Of a DNA stretch of 64,000 bases, positions 50,081 to 61,179 are shown piece after piece (position 1 is the first letter of the stretch; every line of letters starts with the position of its first letter). This DNA comes from an uncultured Acidimicrobiia bacterium (lineage in GTDB: Bacteria; Acidobacteriota; Terriglobia; Versatilivoradales; Versatilivoraceae). The notes beneath the pieces are model-generated. The model was not told the origin of the DNA. It did not search any database and was given only the letters and a program-made list of their open reading frames with translations. The stretch lies in the NCBI GenBank assembly GCA_963786955.1, contig CAWBAT010000004.1:576001-640000 (forward strand), read 5' to 3'. Position numbers and translations under genes: made by a program.

Positions 50081-50665
50081 TTAACCTTTCTTGAGTTCGA
50101 TCAAGACTTGTTTGGCAACCGCCTTAAGCGTGTCAAAGACTCCTAACCCTGTGGACGCCACTGCCTCCAGGACGGGCTCGCCTTTCCGCATGAGCTCCTT
50201 CTTCATATCTTCAACCGATACGATGTTGGAGAGGTCGCGTTTATTTAACTGCAACGCAAAAGGGATCTTCATCAAGTCATATCCCTGAATCTTAAGGTTC
50301 TGCTCCAGGTTGTAGACGCTTTCGATATTGGCGTCCATTCTTTCTAATTGGGAGTCGGCGACGAAGATGATTCCATCTACCCCCTTCAGGATCAGCTTTC
50401 GACTGGCGTCGTAAAAAACCTGCCCGGGGACAGTGTAAAGATGAAACCGGGTCTTAAACCCGCGCACACTCCCTAGCTCAAGCGGTAGAAAATCAAAAAA
50501 CAGGGTGCGGTCAGTTTCAGTAGCCAAAGAGATCATCTTCCCTTTGGCATTGGGAGCTGTCTTATCGTAGATATACTGAAGATTTGTCGTCTTGCCCCCT
50601 AACCCCGGACCGTAGTAGACAATCTTGCAGTTGATTTCTCTCGATGCGTAGTTAATGAAGGTCAA
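50081..50665 (-). CDS. mglA: Small Ras-like GTPase MglA
   Basis: [40 protein letters not shown]. Confidence 0.97.
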   Translation of the reverse strand: MTFINYASREINCKIVYYGPGLGGKTTNLQYIYDKTAPNAKGKMISLATETDRTLFFDFLPLELGSVRGFKTRFHLYTVPGQVFYDASRKLILKGVDGIIFVADSQLERMDANIESVYNLEQNLKIQGYDLMKIPFALQLNKRDLSNIVSVEDMKKELMRKGEPVLEAVASTGLGVFDTLKAVAKQVLIELKKG

Positions 50666-50752
50666 TTTACAGTCACCCTCTATAAATCATAATGTTACAC
50701 CTGACTAATTTCAATCCTACTGGTGCCTTGGTTGAGACAACCCCGTCTTGGT

Positions 50753-51253
50753 TTACTGGGTAAAAAGGCTATCAATATCTTCATCGGTTATTTCGGCGAA
50801 AGGGGACTCCATATCCAGTGCCCCAGAATCCCGCTCCGAATTAATCTTATTCACGATCTTATCAAACAGATCGGTTAATTCAATCGAAGCTTTCTTGACT
50901 CTAAGCCGAACAAGCCCAAGCGAAGAAAGACTGTCAAAGATCACTACGAGAATTACTCTTTGTGCAACAATCGAAATATGAATATTGTCTCGTTCGCCTT
51001 CGTGAAAGAGTATTGAAAACTCTTTCTCACCGATCAGCTTGGCAAGCCCATCGGTCGCCGCAACATTCCCGGCTGTTAACGAGGCAAGCGAGGTTGCATC
51101 GAAATTTTCCAGTTGCCCTTGAGCAGCAATCTGTTGTCCATTCTTATCAACCAGGAAAACGAGCTTCGCGTTGGACTCATTTCTGAGCTTTGCAATCACA
51201 GCCTTTATGCGCTGATACTCATCTTCATACATGATCATGTCAGGAGACGTCAT
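50753..51253 (-). CDS. mglB: Roadblock/LC7 GAP MglB
   Basis: FLVDKNGQ, SLASLTAGNVAA, SSLGLVRLR, C-terminal SPFAEITDEDIDSLF. Confidence 0.96.
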   Translation of the reverse strand: MTSPDMIMYEDEYQRIKAVIAKLRNESNAKLVFLVDKNGQQIAAQGQLENFDATSLASLTAGNVAATDGLAKLIGEKEFSILFHEGERDNIHISIVAQRVILVVIFDSLSSLGLVRLRVKKASIELTDLFDKIVNKINSERDSGALDMESPFAEITDEDIDSLFTQ

Positions 51254-51544
51254 GAGCTTATTTCGCCTCTCTAGCGATCATTTCGGCTGGATTTAATTGA
51301 GATTCTTGTGGAACGAACAGCATTGGGCCTTTCTTGTCTCTCTCTATGACCAAGCTTTGCTGTCGATAGACCGAGTCCAACCCTCTTGGAATGTCCTGGC
51401 TTTTAACACATAAGTCTTTTTGTCTGCAATATCTTTCTTGCCGTTTTAAAACATCGACTCTTACCGGAGATAACTTTAGAAAAAGTGATCGACGGCTTCG
51501 CTCTCAGAGATTCCAGGGTAAGATTCGCTTCTCACTCCAATCTC

Positions 51545-51573
51545 TTGACTGAGCAAGGCTTTCCTGATATAAC
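51545..51573 (+). promoter_or_regulatory. Sigma70-type promoter
   Basis: TTGACT-17 bp-TATAAC. Confidence 0.65.
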
Positions 51574-51711
51574 AAGCTAGACAGATTGATCATTTAGACT
51601 GCGTATTTCACTCCTTATCGAGCATAAGACGGATTCATTCTTCGCATGCAAATGCCGTCCGCAACGGCTCCGCTTCTAAGTTATAAAATATCAACAGGAT
51701 AGAGGAGCAAA

Positions 51712-52506
51712 ATGCGTAAGCCATCAAAGAACCAAAAGAAAAATCTGGCAAAGTCCAGCAAAATTGGTGGATCAAGAAAGTCGTCCTTAAAGAAGATTTC
51801 TAAGCCTGCCAAGAAAAAGGGACTAACGACTGAACGCCGCACGAAAGTGAGCGTCGGGAAAGCGAAATCGTTGGGAAAACCATTGCCTGGCAAGAAAGCC
51901 TCAGCCCAGCAAGCTAATAAGACTAGAAATATCAAAAGATTACAAGAAGAATTGATACGGCGGGGCTCAAAGTCGTCCACCAATCGGAATGGAAGAATTA
52001 ACCCATCCAGGACTGCTTCCCTAAAACAATATGAGACTGCAGTAAAATTGTTGTATTCACAAGAGTTCGATAAAGCTAAAGCCCTCTTCGAAAAGATCAT
52101 CCACACTTTTGAAGAAGATAAAGAGCTCGTTGAAAGAACTCGAATCCACATTCGATTGTGTGAGCAGAAGAGTGCGCGAAAACCTCCCTCACCTCGCTCG
52201 GTAGATGAACATTATGACCTCGCAATCTCTTTCTACAACCAAGGGAAGTACGAACAGGCATTTGAACACCTGCGAAAAGCCTTAAAGTATGACCCATCGT
52301 GTGATTATGTGCACTATGCATTGGCTGCAACCAACTGTAAGACAGGAGACTTGGAGACCGCTCTTCATGATCTAGGCGAAGCCATCCATCTAAAACCTGA
52401 GAACCGTTTTCTGGCGCAACGTGACGAGGATTTTGCCCCTCTCAAGGAGGATTCGCGCTTCATTACGATGGTTTTCCCTGATCGTTCTGGCTCCGTGACA
52501 TCATAA
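51712..52506 (+). CDS. TPR protein with Lys/Ser-rich basic N-terminal tail
   Basis: About 100 aa of K-rich low complexity sequence, then TPRs (YNQGKYEQAFEHLRKALKYDP); GAGGAG RBS. Confidence 0.8.
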   Translation: MRKPSKNQKKNLAKSSKIGGSRKSSLKKISKPAKKKGLTTERRTKVSVGKAKSLGKPLPGKKASAQQANKTRNIKRLQEELIRRGSKSSTNRNGRINPSRTASLKQYETAVKLLYSQEFDKAKALFEKIIHTFEEDKELVERTRIHIRLCEQKSARKPPSPRSVDEHYDLAISFYNQGKYEQAFEHLRKALKYDPSCDYVHYALAATNCKTGDLETALHDLGEAIHLKPENRFLAQRDEDFAPLKEDSRFITMVFPDRSGSVTS

Positions 52507-52577
52507 TCATCATTAATTGCACCCGGTTGTGCCCGATTTCGTATGAAGTTTATGTCCCGCCAACCGATTAGTCTTTC

Positions 52578-53646
52578 GTGAACAATCTGCCTTTCGCTGA
52601 AATTAACATCGTCGCTATTGGGGGAGGTACTGGTCTTTCCCAGCTATTATCCGGTCTGAAGCAGTTTGTTCTGAAGCCGAGCCTCAAAGAACCCTCTCTG
52701 CTGATTTCTCCCTTTATCAAAGAACTCACCGCAATTGTTACTGTGACGGATGATGGTGGTAGTTCCGGACGTCTCCGCGATGAATTTCAAATGCTTCCGC
52801 CTGGAGATATTCGGAAATGCCTGGTCGCCTTGTCCGAAGATGAACTGCTAATGGCTAAGCTCTTCCAGTACCGCTTTAGCGGTAGTGGGGAATTGCAGGG
52901 ACACAGTTTTGGGAATCTATTTCTCACGGCCCTGACCAATGTCACCGGAGACTTTCTGGAAGCCATTCGCTTGACCAGCGAGGTTCTAGCCATCAAAGGG
53001 AGGATTCTCCCATCAACAATGGCCGATGTTCATTTGGTTGGAGAACTCGAGAACGGGATCGCGCTTTACGGGGAATCGCTCATCGGCCGTTCCCCAGGAA
53101 GAATCCGCCACATCAGCATCCTTCCGGAAGAATGCATCCCTCTACCCGAAGCCCTGGAAGCAATAGACAAAGCGGATATCATTACGATGGGACCAGGCTC
53201 CCTATATACGAGCCTTTTGCCAAACCTTCTCGTCAGGGGCATCCCCGAAGCCATTCGCCAGTCCGGAGCTCTCAAGGTTTACATTGGGAATATCATGACT
53301 CAGAAGGGGGAAACAGTTGGCTTCACGGCTTCCGACCATCTCCGCGCGGTTCGCGAACATTGCGGGGATGACCTGTTTAGTTACTTCCTCTGCAACAATA
53401 CTCCCATCTCAGCAGAACAGCAGGGCTAGTTACCGAAAAGAAGCGGCAGACCAGACAAAGATCGATGTGGAGGCCCTAGGAGATTATAGTGTTCAGGTAA
53501 TGTTCAAAGATTTGCTCGCCGAAGGGGACAAAGTCCGTCATGATTCTATGAAGTTGGCCGTTGCGATCTTCGAATTGGCGATGTCCGCCGAGCGAAAAGG
53601 ATTTGAGGCTGACCCTGTTGTCCCTGTCTTAGGGGAACCATTATGA
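52578..53646 (+). CDS. yvcK: YvcK/GlmR (UPF0052) family protein with one apparent +1 frameshift near 53424
   Basis: IGGGTGL, VTDDGGSSG, PPGDIR, GPGSLYTS; the C-terminal VRHDSMKLA lies in the next frame. Confidence 0.88.
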
Positions 53647-55031
53647 ACAACCTGAACGTCTTGATTCTAGCGGCGGGGAAAGGTACACGGCTAAAATCTA
53701 ACCTCCCAAAAGTCCTTCATGCTCTCTCCGGCAAGCCGCTCATTGAATATGTCCTCGCTGCGGCACAATCCCTAGCCCCTCGAAAGATCGGTGTGGTAGT
53801 CGGCTACGAAGCGGAACGTGTTAAAGCACAGCTGGCAGGGCACACTCTTGAATTTGTAGTCCAAGACCCTCAACTGGGTACCGGACACGCCGTGCAGATA
53901 GCCCGGCCTTTCTGGGAAGATGAACCGGGCACTCTGATGCTTCTCTCAGGGGATGTCCCTTTGATTGCCGCCAGTACCCTTTCAGCACTGGCGATGCACC
54001 ATGCCAGCTCAAGATATAGTTGCACAATGCTCTCCACTCTTCTGCCCGATCCGGCGGGTTATGGCCGTGTTCTGAGGAATCCGGCGGGGGAGGTAGAACG
54101 CATTGTCGAGCAGCGCGACGCTTCCCCTCAGGAATTGAAGATCCAGGAAGTGAACACCGGAATCTATTGTTTCGAAACAACCGCCCTGGTACAAATCATC
54201 GACGAACTGACTTGCAAGAACTCTCAAACGGAATACTACCTGACTGACTGTGTCGAACTTTTGAAGAAGAAGAAGTTGCGCGTCGGGGTTGTGATTTGTG
54301 AAGATCCTCGAGAGGTCAGTGGGATCAATAGCCGAGCCGAACTGGCCCAAATGGAAGGCCTGCTCCGAGAACGAAAATTGAAGCAGCTAATGGCCGACGG
54401 GGTCACAATCTTGGACCCTTTATCCACTTATGTCGATCAAGATGTAGTGGTGGGGAAGGACACAATTCTCTACCCCAACGTTCTTCTCGAAAAAAAAACG
54501 GTCATTGGCTCCGATTGCGTGGTCTATCCCAACGTCCGGATTTCCGCGTCCACTCTAGAGGACAATGTGACCGTATTGGATTCCTGCCTCATCTCTGAAA
54601 GCCGCGTCCGGTCAGGGTCTCAGATAGGCCCGTTTGCGCACCTGAAGAACCACACGGATATCGGCAAGCAGGTTCGCATCGGAAACTTTGTCGAAATCAA
54701 GAAATCGGTCGTTGGCGATAAATCCAAAGCCGCTCATTTGAGTTATCTGGGCGATGCAGAAATTGGGCGTGGCGTAAACATCGGGGCCGGAACCATAACA
54801 TGCAACTACGATGGCTTCCAGAAACACAAAACCACGATCGAAGACGGTGTTTTTATCGGCAGTGACTCTCAGTTGATCGCACCGGTAACTGTCAAGAAGG
54901 GGGCTTACGTCGCAGCCGGCTCTACAGTTACACGAGATGTCCCGGAGGATGCTTTGGCGATCGCGCGCAGCCCCCAGGAAAACAAAGAGGGTTGGGCTAA
55001 AATTAAGCGACAATCGAAATTGAAGGAGTAA
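53643..55031 (+). CDS. glmU: Bifunctional UDP-GlcNAc pyrophosphorylase / GlcN-1-P acetyltransferase
   Basis: [40 protein letters not shown]. Confidence 0.98.
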   Translation: MNNLNVLILAAGKGTRLKSNLPKVLHALSGKPLIEYVLAAAQSLAPRKIGVVVGYEAERVKAQLAGHTLEFVVQDPQLGTGHAVQIARPFWEDEPGTLMLLSGDVPLIAASTLSALAMHHASSRYSCTMLSTLLPDPAGYGRVLRNPAGEVERIVEQRDASPQELKIQEVNTGIYCFETTALVQIIDELTCKNSQTEYYLTDCVELLKKKKLRVGVVICEDPREVSGINSRAELAQMEGLLRERKLKQLMADGVTILDPLSTYVDQDVVVGKDTILYPNVLLEKKTVIGSDCVVYPNVRISASTLEDNVTVLDSCLISESRVRSGSQIGPFAHLKNHTDIGKQVRIGNFVEIKKSVVGDKSKAAHLSYLGDAEIGRGVNIGAGTITCNYDGFQKHKTTIEDGVFIGSDSQLIAPVTVKKGAYVAAGSTVTRDVPEDALAIARSPQENKEGWAKIKRQSKLKE

Positions 55032-55036
55032 ATCAC

Positions 55037-56890
55037 GTGTGTGGAATCGTGGGTTACCTTGGACAAAAACCCGTTGTGCCGGTGTTGATTGAAGGGCTCA
55101 AGAAGATGGAATATCGCGGTTATGACTCTGCGGGCATTGCAGTGGTTGACGGGAACCAGCTTCATGTGCGCCGAGCTTCCGGAAAATTGAGAAATCTGGA
55201 AGAAGTGCTCCGCCAGAATCCTTGCACCGGAACTTACGGGATCGGTCATACACGCTGGGCAACTCACGGCCGCCCTACCGAGGAAAATGCTCATCCGCAT
55301 CGGGATTGCAAAGGACAGATCGTCGTGGTTCATAACGGGATCGTCGAGAACTATCTGGCCTTAAAGAAAATGCTGGCGGCTGAAGGGCACACCTTTGTGA
55401 CCGAAACGGATACCGAAGTAATTGCCCATCTCGTTGAAAAACACTTCACCGGATCCCTAGAACAGGCGGTCCGCAAAACCTTGCATGAAATTACCGGAAT
55501 TTATGCCGTCGTGATCATTTCTGTCAACGATCCAGAAAAGTTGATAGCGGCACGCTGTGGGCCCCCTATCGTGGTAGGACTGGGAGAGAATGAATCTTTT
55601 GTTGCCTCAGATATCCCCGGCATTCTGGCGCACACGCGCGACGTCGTTTTCCTGGCCGATCACGAAATGGCCGTGATTACCCCTCAGAAGGTTGAAATCA
55701 CGACTCTGGACGGCACACCGGTCAGCCTAAAGCCTCAGCGAATAACTTGGGACCCCATCATGGCTGAGAAGGGCGGCTTCAAGCATTTTATGCTCAAGGA
55801 AATTTACGAGCAGCCGCGAGCTGTCCGAGACACGACCCTCGCCAGGATTTCGAGAGATACGGGAAAAGTCTTTCTCGAGGAAATGAAAATCTCGGAAGAG
55901 GAATTCCAGCAATTTGGAACATGTGCGCATTCTGGCTTGTGGCACGAGTTGGCACGCTGCGCTAGCTGGAAAATTCATGGTCGAAAGTCTGGCTCGCTTG
56001 CCGGTAGAGGTCGACTATGGCTCGGAATATCGATATCAGGGAGCCGGTCGTTCCTAAGAATACGCTGGCGGTGGTGGTGACCCAATCCGGAGAAACAGCC
56101 GACACGTTGGCAGCCCAACGTGAGATCAAAGAAAAAGGGGCTTACAACATTGCCATCTGTAATGTTGTCGGAAGCATGGTTACGCGCGAAGCGGATGGAG
56201 TATTTACACTAATGCCGGTCCAGAAATCGGTGTGGCCGCAACTAAGAGCTTTACTTCGCAGCTTACCGCACTTATATCTGCTGGCCCTTGTTTTTGGCGG
56301 ATGTGAGGAAAACGCTAACTCACGAACAAATCCAAGGATACATTGAGGACCTCACGAAAATTCCCCAGAAGATTGAATCGATTTTCGGGAAAATGGAATA
56401 TCTTGAAGAACTATCTAAGAGTTTTTTCCGCTCGTCAAATTTCCTTTACCTGGGACGAGGGATTCATTACCCGGTTGCCCTCGAAGGCGCCCTTAAATTA
56501 AAGGAGATTTCTTACATCCATGCAGAGGGCTATCCTGCCGGAGAAATGAAACATGGCCCGAATGCACTGATTGACGAGACTTTGCCAGTGGTCGTCATTG
56601 CTACCAGTAACATCAACAACCCGAAGTCGACCCAGCTTTACGAAAAAACACTAAGTAATATCAAAGAAGTCAAGGCGCGAGATGGCATCGTGATCTCCGT
56701 CGTCACCCCCTTCAATAAAGAAGCCATTGAGGCTTCGGACTATCATATTGAAATTCCACCATCCAATGACCTTCTTTTACCCATCTTAGAGATTATTCCC
56801 CTGCAGTTGCTTTCTTACTTCATAGCGGTCCGTCGAGGCTGTGACGTTGACCAACCCCGTAACCTGGCTAAGAGCGTGACCGTAGAATAA
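55037..56890 (+). CDS. glmS: Glutamine--fructose-6-phosphate transaminase, split by about 5 indels (probably sequencing errors)
   Basis: [22 protein letters not shown] (shifted frame), [26 protein letters not shown]. Confidence 0.93.
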
Positions 56891-57029
56891 GAAATCTGTC
56901 AACTGGCAATAGGTCGAAGAACGTTTATTGACCGCTCAAGACTCTTAGGAATGTTATACTGCAGGGGGTTTGTGTGCCAAGAGTCCTAAAACTAAGACGA
57001 TCCTGAACGCAACTTACCGAATGCACTAT

Positions 57030-57106
57030 GGGCCTGTAGCTCAGAAGGATAGAGCAGCGGTTTCCTAAACCGTTGGTCGGGGGTTCGATTCCCTCCAGGC
57101 CTACCA
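57030..57106 (+). tRNA. tRNA-Arg(CCT)
   Basis: Acceptor GGGCCTG/CAGGCCT, D arm TAGCTCAG..GGATAGAGC, anticodon loop TTCCTAA, GGTTCGATTCC T arm, encoded CCA. Confidence 0.97.
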
Positions 57107-57392
57107 TACTTCTCCAAAAGCCGATATTTTCTGCTGTTTGACCGCTCCCGATGTTGCCTGATATTGTCCTCGCTAACTGGCAGAAGCGTTAACCCGCCAA
57201 CACTTAATAGTGATTGTATTGTTTCCATGACCTCGATAAAGTGGCGTCATGTCTCGGTCATTGCAGCATCTCGCGATCGAAATAGTCTGAAGTAGCTAAG
57301 AGGAGAGACTTCAGATGGATACCCATAGCGAATGGAATGGCATCGACGATTCGCTTCAAGTGGCTTCTAATACCTTTTCTAGGAGGCATCAT

Positions 57393-59432
57393 ATGAAGAG
57401 GCGGAAATTCATGAAGACCTCGCTGCTGGCAGCCGGGTCAGCCCTGTTGCCTGCCAGTTGCACCAGTAAGAAAGAGACAGACCAGCCAAACTCCTTTTTT
57501 CAATCGTACGACGTGCCGCAGCAGTTGCCACCCGGCAAGCTCAAGGTCCAATACATCCGTGAAGAGATTCCAGCCTTTGAAGTCGCTGCTGTACGAGGGC
57601 TTCGGTACGAAGATAGCGTGCCCGATACGCTGGACATTGCCGAGCGGGCCAAATTGGGCATCAACAGTCTGACTTCGATAGGAGACGTCAACGCCGATCA
57701 GGAGATTTACTGGCTTGCCGATTTCTTCCGGAACCCACCGATCATGGTTCACAACTTCAACGACTGGGTTCAGCTTGTCGAAGGAATGATGGAGGCATTG
57801 CTGCTAGTCCGTATCGCTACCGGGAGCAGCCAGAATTCACACATCGATCCCGTCTGGATGGAGGTGCTGCTCAAAACAATTGGTCCAGACGGACTGGTTT
57901 ATGTCCCGATGAAAGGACGCCCTTGGAGCCTATTGAGTGTCCCAAAATCTTATCTCGACCCGGTCTGGACCGCGGACGGAAGGGCAATGGGGATTCAGGA
58001 AAATTCCGTCGCCCAAGTAGGTAGTGTCTATACTTGCCAGCGGGCAATCGCCACGATGGCCCTCTACTACGCGCACGACAAGAACCCCATGTGGAAATCG
58101 GCCAATGAAAAAATGATTCAGCGTCTGAAGGAGCTTGTTGTGGACCGCGGCGATTACGCCTATTTCCGGAGCGGAGGATTGGAGACTTACGGGAAGTATG
58201 GAGCTGAATTGCCCATGCCCGCCGGTTTCATCGCTGAAGAGAGTAGCGGCCGGATGATTCAGGGACTTGCACAATTTTATCGGGCTACGGGCTACGAACC
58301 CGCTCGGGAGTTGGCCGGCAAACTCGCCAACTATATCCGCTTGCATGCCCAGTACTACGAGCCCGATGGCCGCTGGTTAGTCGGTCCGGACGAGCGGCAA
58401 TGGTGGCTGAAAAGATGGAATGTGAAAGATTTGGTCCACGGCGGGCATGGGCACGCTCATGCCCTGGGATTGTTAAGCACACTTGAGTATGCCAGCGTCG
58501 TAGGAGACCAGGAGTTAATTGAATTCGTGCGAGGCGGCTACGAGTGGGCCAAAGCAAATAGCTCGCCGATCGTTGGCTTTTTTCCCGAAGCATTCTTGCC
58601 GGGCTATGACCGTTGCGAGGCCGACACTATTGCCGACATGATCGCGATCGCATTAAAGCTGACGAAGGCAGGAGCAGCTGACTACTGGGATGATGCCGAC
58701 CGGTGGATTCGCAACCATTTTAGTGAGTCCCAATTGACGAGCGTAGATTGGGTCTACCGCCTCGCCGACCGATCTCCGCGTAAAGCAGTGGCTTGGAATG
58801 AAACGGGAGACCATGTCCCGGAACGGAATATGGGCGCCTTTGCGGGCCTTTCGACCGGCAATGACTTCAATGTCTTTATCCCTGACCGTGATTCCTCCTC
58901 AATTGTCCATTGTTGTACAGGTAACTCAATGCGAACGCTGTATTACATCTGGGAGAATATGGTGGACTTCAATGATGAAACCTTCCGGGTAAACCTGCTC
59001 TTGAACCGGGCTTCCCCATGGGCCGACGTTTACAGCCATATTCCGTATCAGGGGTATATCGAAGTCAAGCTGAAGAAGCCTGTAAAGAAAGTCCTGGTAA
59101 GAGCTCCGGAGTGGATTAATGCACATAGCCCTGATATCGTGATCCGGAACAATGGACAGCCACGGCAAAGTCACTGGGAGGGCCGTTATCTGAACCTGGG
59201 CAGTGCGCGCCCCGGGGAGCTTGTTTCCCTCAGTTTCCCGATTTTTCAACGTAGCACAAAAGAGACCATCGGGAACACTCCCTATACGTTAAGCCTCAAG
59301 GGCAACACAGTCGTCAGCATTGATCCTCCGGGCGTTAATGGACCTCTATACCAAAGAAACTACTACTTGGCCCAAAAGGCGCCTTCGCGCAAGGTTGAAC
59401 GCTTCATTCCAGAAGAGTCCATTACCTGGTAG
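57393..59432 (+). CDS. Tat-exported putative lipoprotein, GH127-like cysteine glycosidase fold
   Basis: AGGAGG RBS; KRRKFMK and LPASC; CEADT..ADM, HCCTGN, VNLLLNRASPW, VRAPEW. Confidence 0.65.
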   Translation: MKRRKFMKTSLLAAGSALLPASCTSKKETDQPNSFFQSYDVPQQLPPGKLKVQYIREEIPAFEVAAVRGLRYEDSVPDTLDIAERAKLGINSLTSIGDVNADQEIYWLADFFRNPPIMVHNFNDWVQLVEGMMEALLLVRIATGSSQNSHIDPVWMEVLLKTIGPDGLVYVPMKGRPWSLLSVPKSYLDPVWTADGRAMGIQENSVAQVGSVYTCQRAIATMALYYAHDKNPMWKSANEKMIQRLKELVVDRGDYAYFRSGGLETYGKYGAELPMPAGFIAEESSGRMIQGLAQFYRATGYEPARELAGKLANYIRLHAQYYEPDGRWLVGPDERQWWLKRWNVKDLVHGGHGHAHALGLLSTLEYASVVGDQELIEFVRGGYEWAKANSSPIVGFFPEAFLPGYDRCEADTIADMIAIALKLTKAGAADYWDDADRWIRNHFSESQLTSVDWVYRLADRSPRKAVAWNETGDHVPERNMGAFAGLSTGNDFNVFIPDRDSSSIVHCCTGNSMRTLYYIWENMVDFNDETFRVNLLLNRASPWADVYSHIPYQGYIEVKLKKPVKKVLVRAPEWINAHSPDIVIRNNGQPRQSHWEGRYLNLGSARPGELVSLSFPIFQRSTKETIGNTPYTLSLKGNTVVSIDPPGVNGPLYQRNYYLAQKAPSRKVERFIPEESITW

Positions 59433-59542
59433 TCTCATTGCCGCAAACCCGATCTTGACGGTACGGTCAATCGAGACAGGACTAATCGGTCCAATCGAGT
59501 AACAGAAGTCCTATCCAACCTTCAATTCAGGAGATCCGGGTT

Positions 59543-60436
59543 ATGAAACTGACGGTCACGCTGGCGTCTTTTTGGATGTTGTTCTGGGGTTCTCTAATCT
59601 TGACAGCCGGAGAGGAGCCCCATCGTCACCGCATTTTGCTGGCACAGTATCAGGGTCCCGGTGGAAACCGGCTCATCGAAGTCTCAGCCGATGGGAAGTT
59701 GACATGGGAGCACAAAGTTCCCAGTCTCTGTGTCATCTTCCAGGTGCTGCCCGACCATCATCTTGTTTACGGATATGGAGGAACACCCACTGGCGTCCAG
59801 GAAATTGATCGTGAGCAGAAGGTTGTCTGGAATTATGTCAGTCACTCTCCGCAGGTCCTGGGTTGCGAACGCCTGCCCAACGGCAACACCCTACTTGCTG
59901 AGCAGGGACCGAGTCAGGCGGTGGAAGTAACTCCTCGTGGAGACGTCGTCTCGACTGTGCCATTGCCTACAAGTGAGAAGCCCTACCATCGACAAATCAG
60001 AAATATCCACAAGCTGAGCAACGGTCATATTCTGGCCGCCATCGAGGCGGAGGGAGCCGCTCGAGAGGTCGATGCAGACGGAAAGGTCGTGTGGGAATAT
60101 ACTGGCCTCGCGGATGTTTTTGAAGCCCTGCGTCTCGCCAATGGCAATACCCTCATAGCTTGCGGAACACAGCGCCGAGTCATTGAAGTGACACCTGACC
60201 GTCGTGTAGTCTGGGAGCTGACCGCTCAGGACGTCCCCGAGTTGAATCTCACTTGGATCACCAGCCTGCAAGAATTGGGCAATGGCAATTGGGTCATTGG
60301 AAACTTTCTGCGCGGCCAGGAAGGGAAAGGAGCACACGCTTTCGAAATTACTCGCGACAAGAAAGTCGTCTGGAAATTCGTCGACCATGAGATGGTGAGG
60401 TCGGCAACTATGGTCCGTGTGCTGGATGAAGAGTGA
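59543..60436 (+). CDS. Exported beta-propeller protein (PQQ-like repeats)
   Basis: Repeats of LxNGNTL...EVxxDGKVVWEY; signal peptide. Confidence 0.8.
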   Translation: MKLTVTLASFWMLFWGSLILTAGEEPHRHRILLAQYQGPGGNRLIEVSADGKLTWEHKVPSLCVIFQVLPDHHLVYGYGGTPTGVQEIDREQKVVWNYVSHSPQVLGCERLPNGNTLLAEQGPSQAVEVTPRGDVVSTVPLPTSEKPYHRQIRNIHKLSNGHILAAIEAEGAAREVDADGKVVWEYTGLADVFEALRLANGNTLIACGTQRRVIEVTPDRRVVWELTAQDVPELNLTWITSLQELGNGNWVIGNFLRGQEGKGAHAFEITRDKKVVWKFVDHEMVRSATMVRVLDEE

Positions 60437-60529
60437 GATATCTTGCTGCGCAGAGATTGTAAAACATTTCTCGATTATGGAATGGGCGTGCTAAAAGCCT
60501 TCCGTCTCAAGGACTCCCCAGTTCTTGCG

Positions 60530-60588
60530 TAAATGATTGATAAGCTTGCCATCAGTGAACACCCAGTGGGGTTGGCAGCGGTCTTGCA
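60530..60588 (+). promoter_or_regulatory. IHF site plus sigma54-type promoter
   Basis: TAAATGATTGATA at 60530-60542 is the reverse complement of WATCAANNNNTTR; TTGGCAGCGGTCTTGCA at 60572-60588 (GG-N10-GC). Confidence 0.6.
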
Positions 60589-60710
60589 CTCTAACCAGAC
60601 GTACACATTGGTTATTTTCACCACGGGAAGGCCAAGGGTGGAAATCCGGACGAAAGATTTCTCAACTTAGCGTTTCTGCGGGGGAAAAAATTAAACAGAG
60701 GGTGACTTAC

Positions 60711-61034
60711 ATGGAAGACTTCGAAGGTTTCAGAAAGGTCGTTGAGGAACAACTTCGACGCGTCGAGTTCTCATCACGTCAGCTGGAGAGCAGCTTCATG
60801 GAATTTCAGGGGACCTTTGGTCTGGTTCTGCGGTCAAGTTTTGTTGATCAAGGTGCAAAAGAACTGCTTCAGGACTCTTTTCTGCGATTAGAGGATCGAT
60901 TGAAGAACGAGCTCATTAATAATGAAGAGAGTTACACTAGTCTGAAGAACTGGTTTTCATTTTATATGAACATCCCGATCTCTGAAATCGATGACGGGTC
61001 TGCCGACAGGTTTCAGGCTTCAAGCGGTCGATGA
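60711..61034 (+). CDS. Small acidic helical hypothetical protein (107 aa)
   Basis: GAGGG RBS before ATG 60711; downstream of the sigma54-like promoter. Confidence 0.55.
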   Translation: MEDFEGFRKVVEEQLRRVEFSSRQLESSFMEFQGTFGLVLRSSFVDQGAKELLQDSFLRLEDRLKNELINNEESYTSLKNWFSFYMNIPISEIDDGSADRFQASSGR

Positions 61035-61179
61035 GAAAGCATCTTGACTCTGAGTGAACCAACTGGATAATCCACAAATCCAGAGAGGTTGTTTGTCCCC
61101 ACAGGCCTTATCTCAAGAGAGGTTCCCCGATTCAAGCCCCTGGCCTCTTCATTAGTTCATTGACAGCGAATTCTTGCTT

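Noticed and set aside
51254-51711. SRP RNA or other ncRNA beside mglB
   Set aside because: No SRP core motif is seen; the region is explained by divergent promoters.
55037-56890. glmS pseudogene or programmed frameshifting; glmS ribozyme
   Set aside because: Multiple scattered indels without stop codons or slippery sites fit read errors; only 5 bp separate glmU and glmS, leaving no room for a ribozyme.
56925-57228. Minus-strand ORFs (MVGLEGIEPPT... and METIQ...)
   Set aside because: Antisense shadows of tRNA-Arg.
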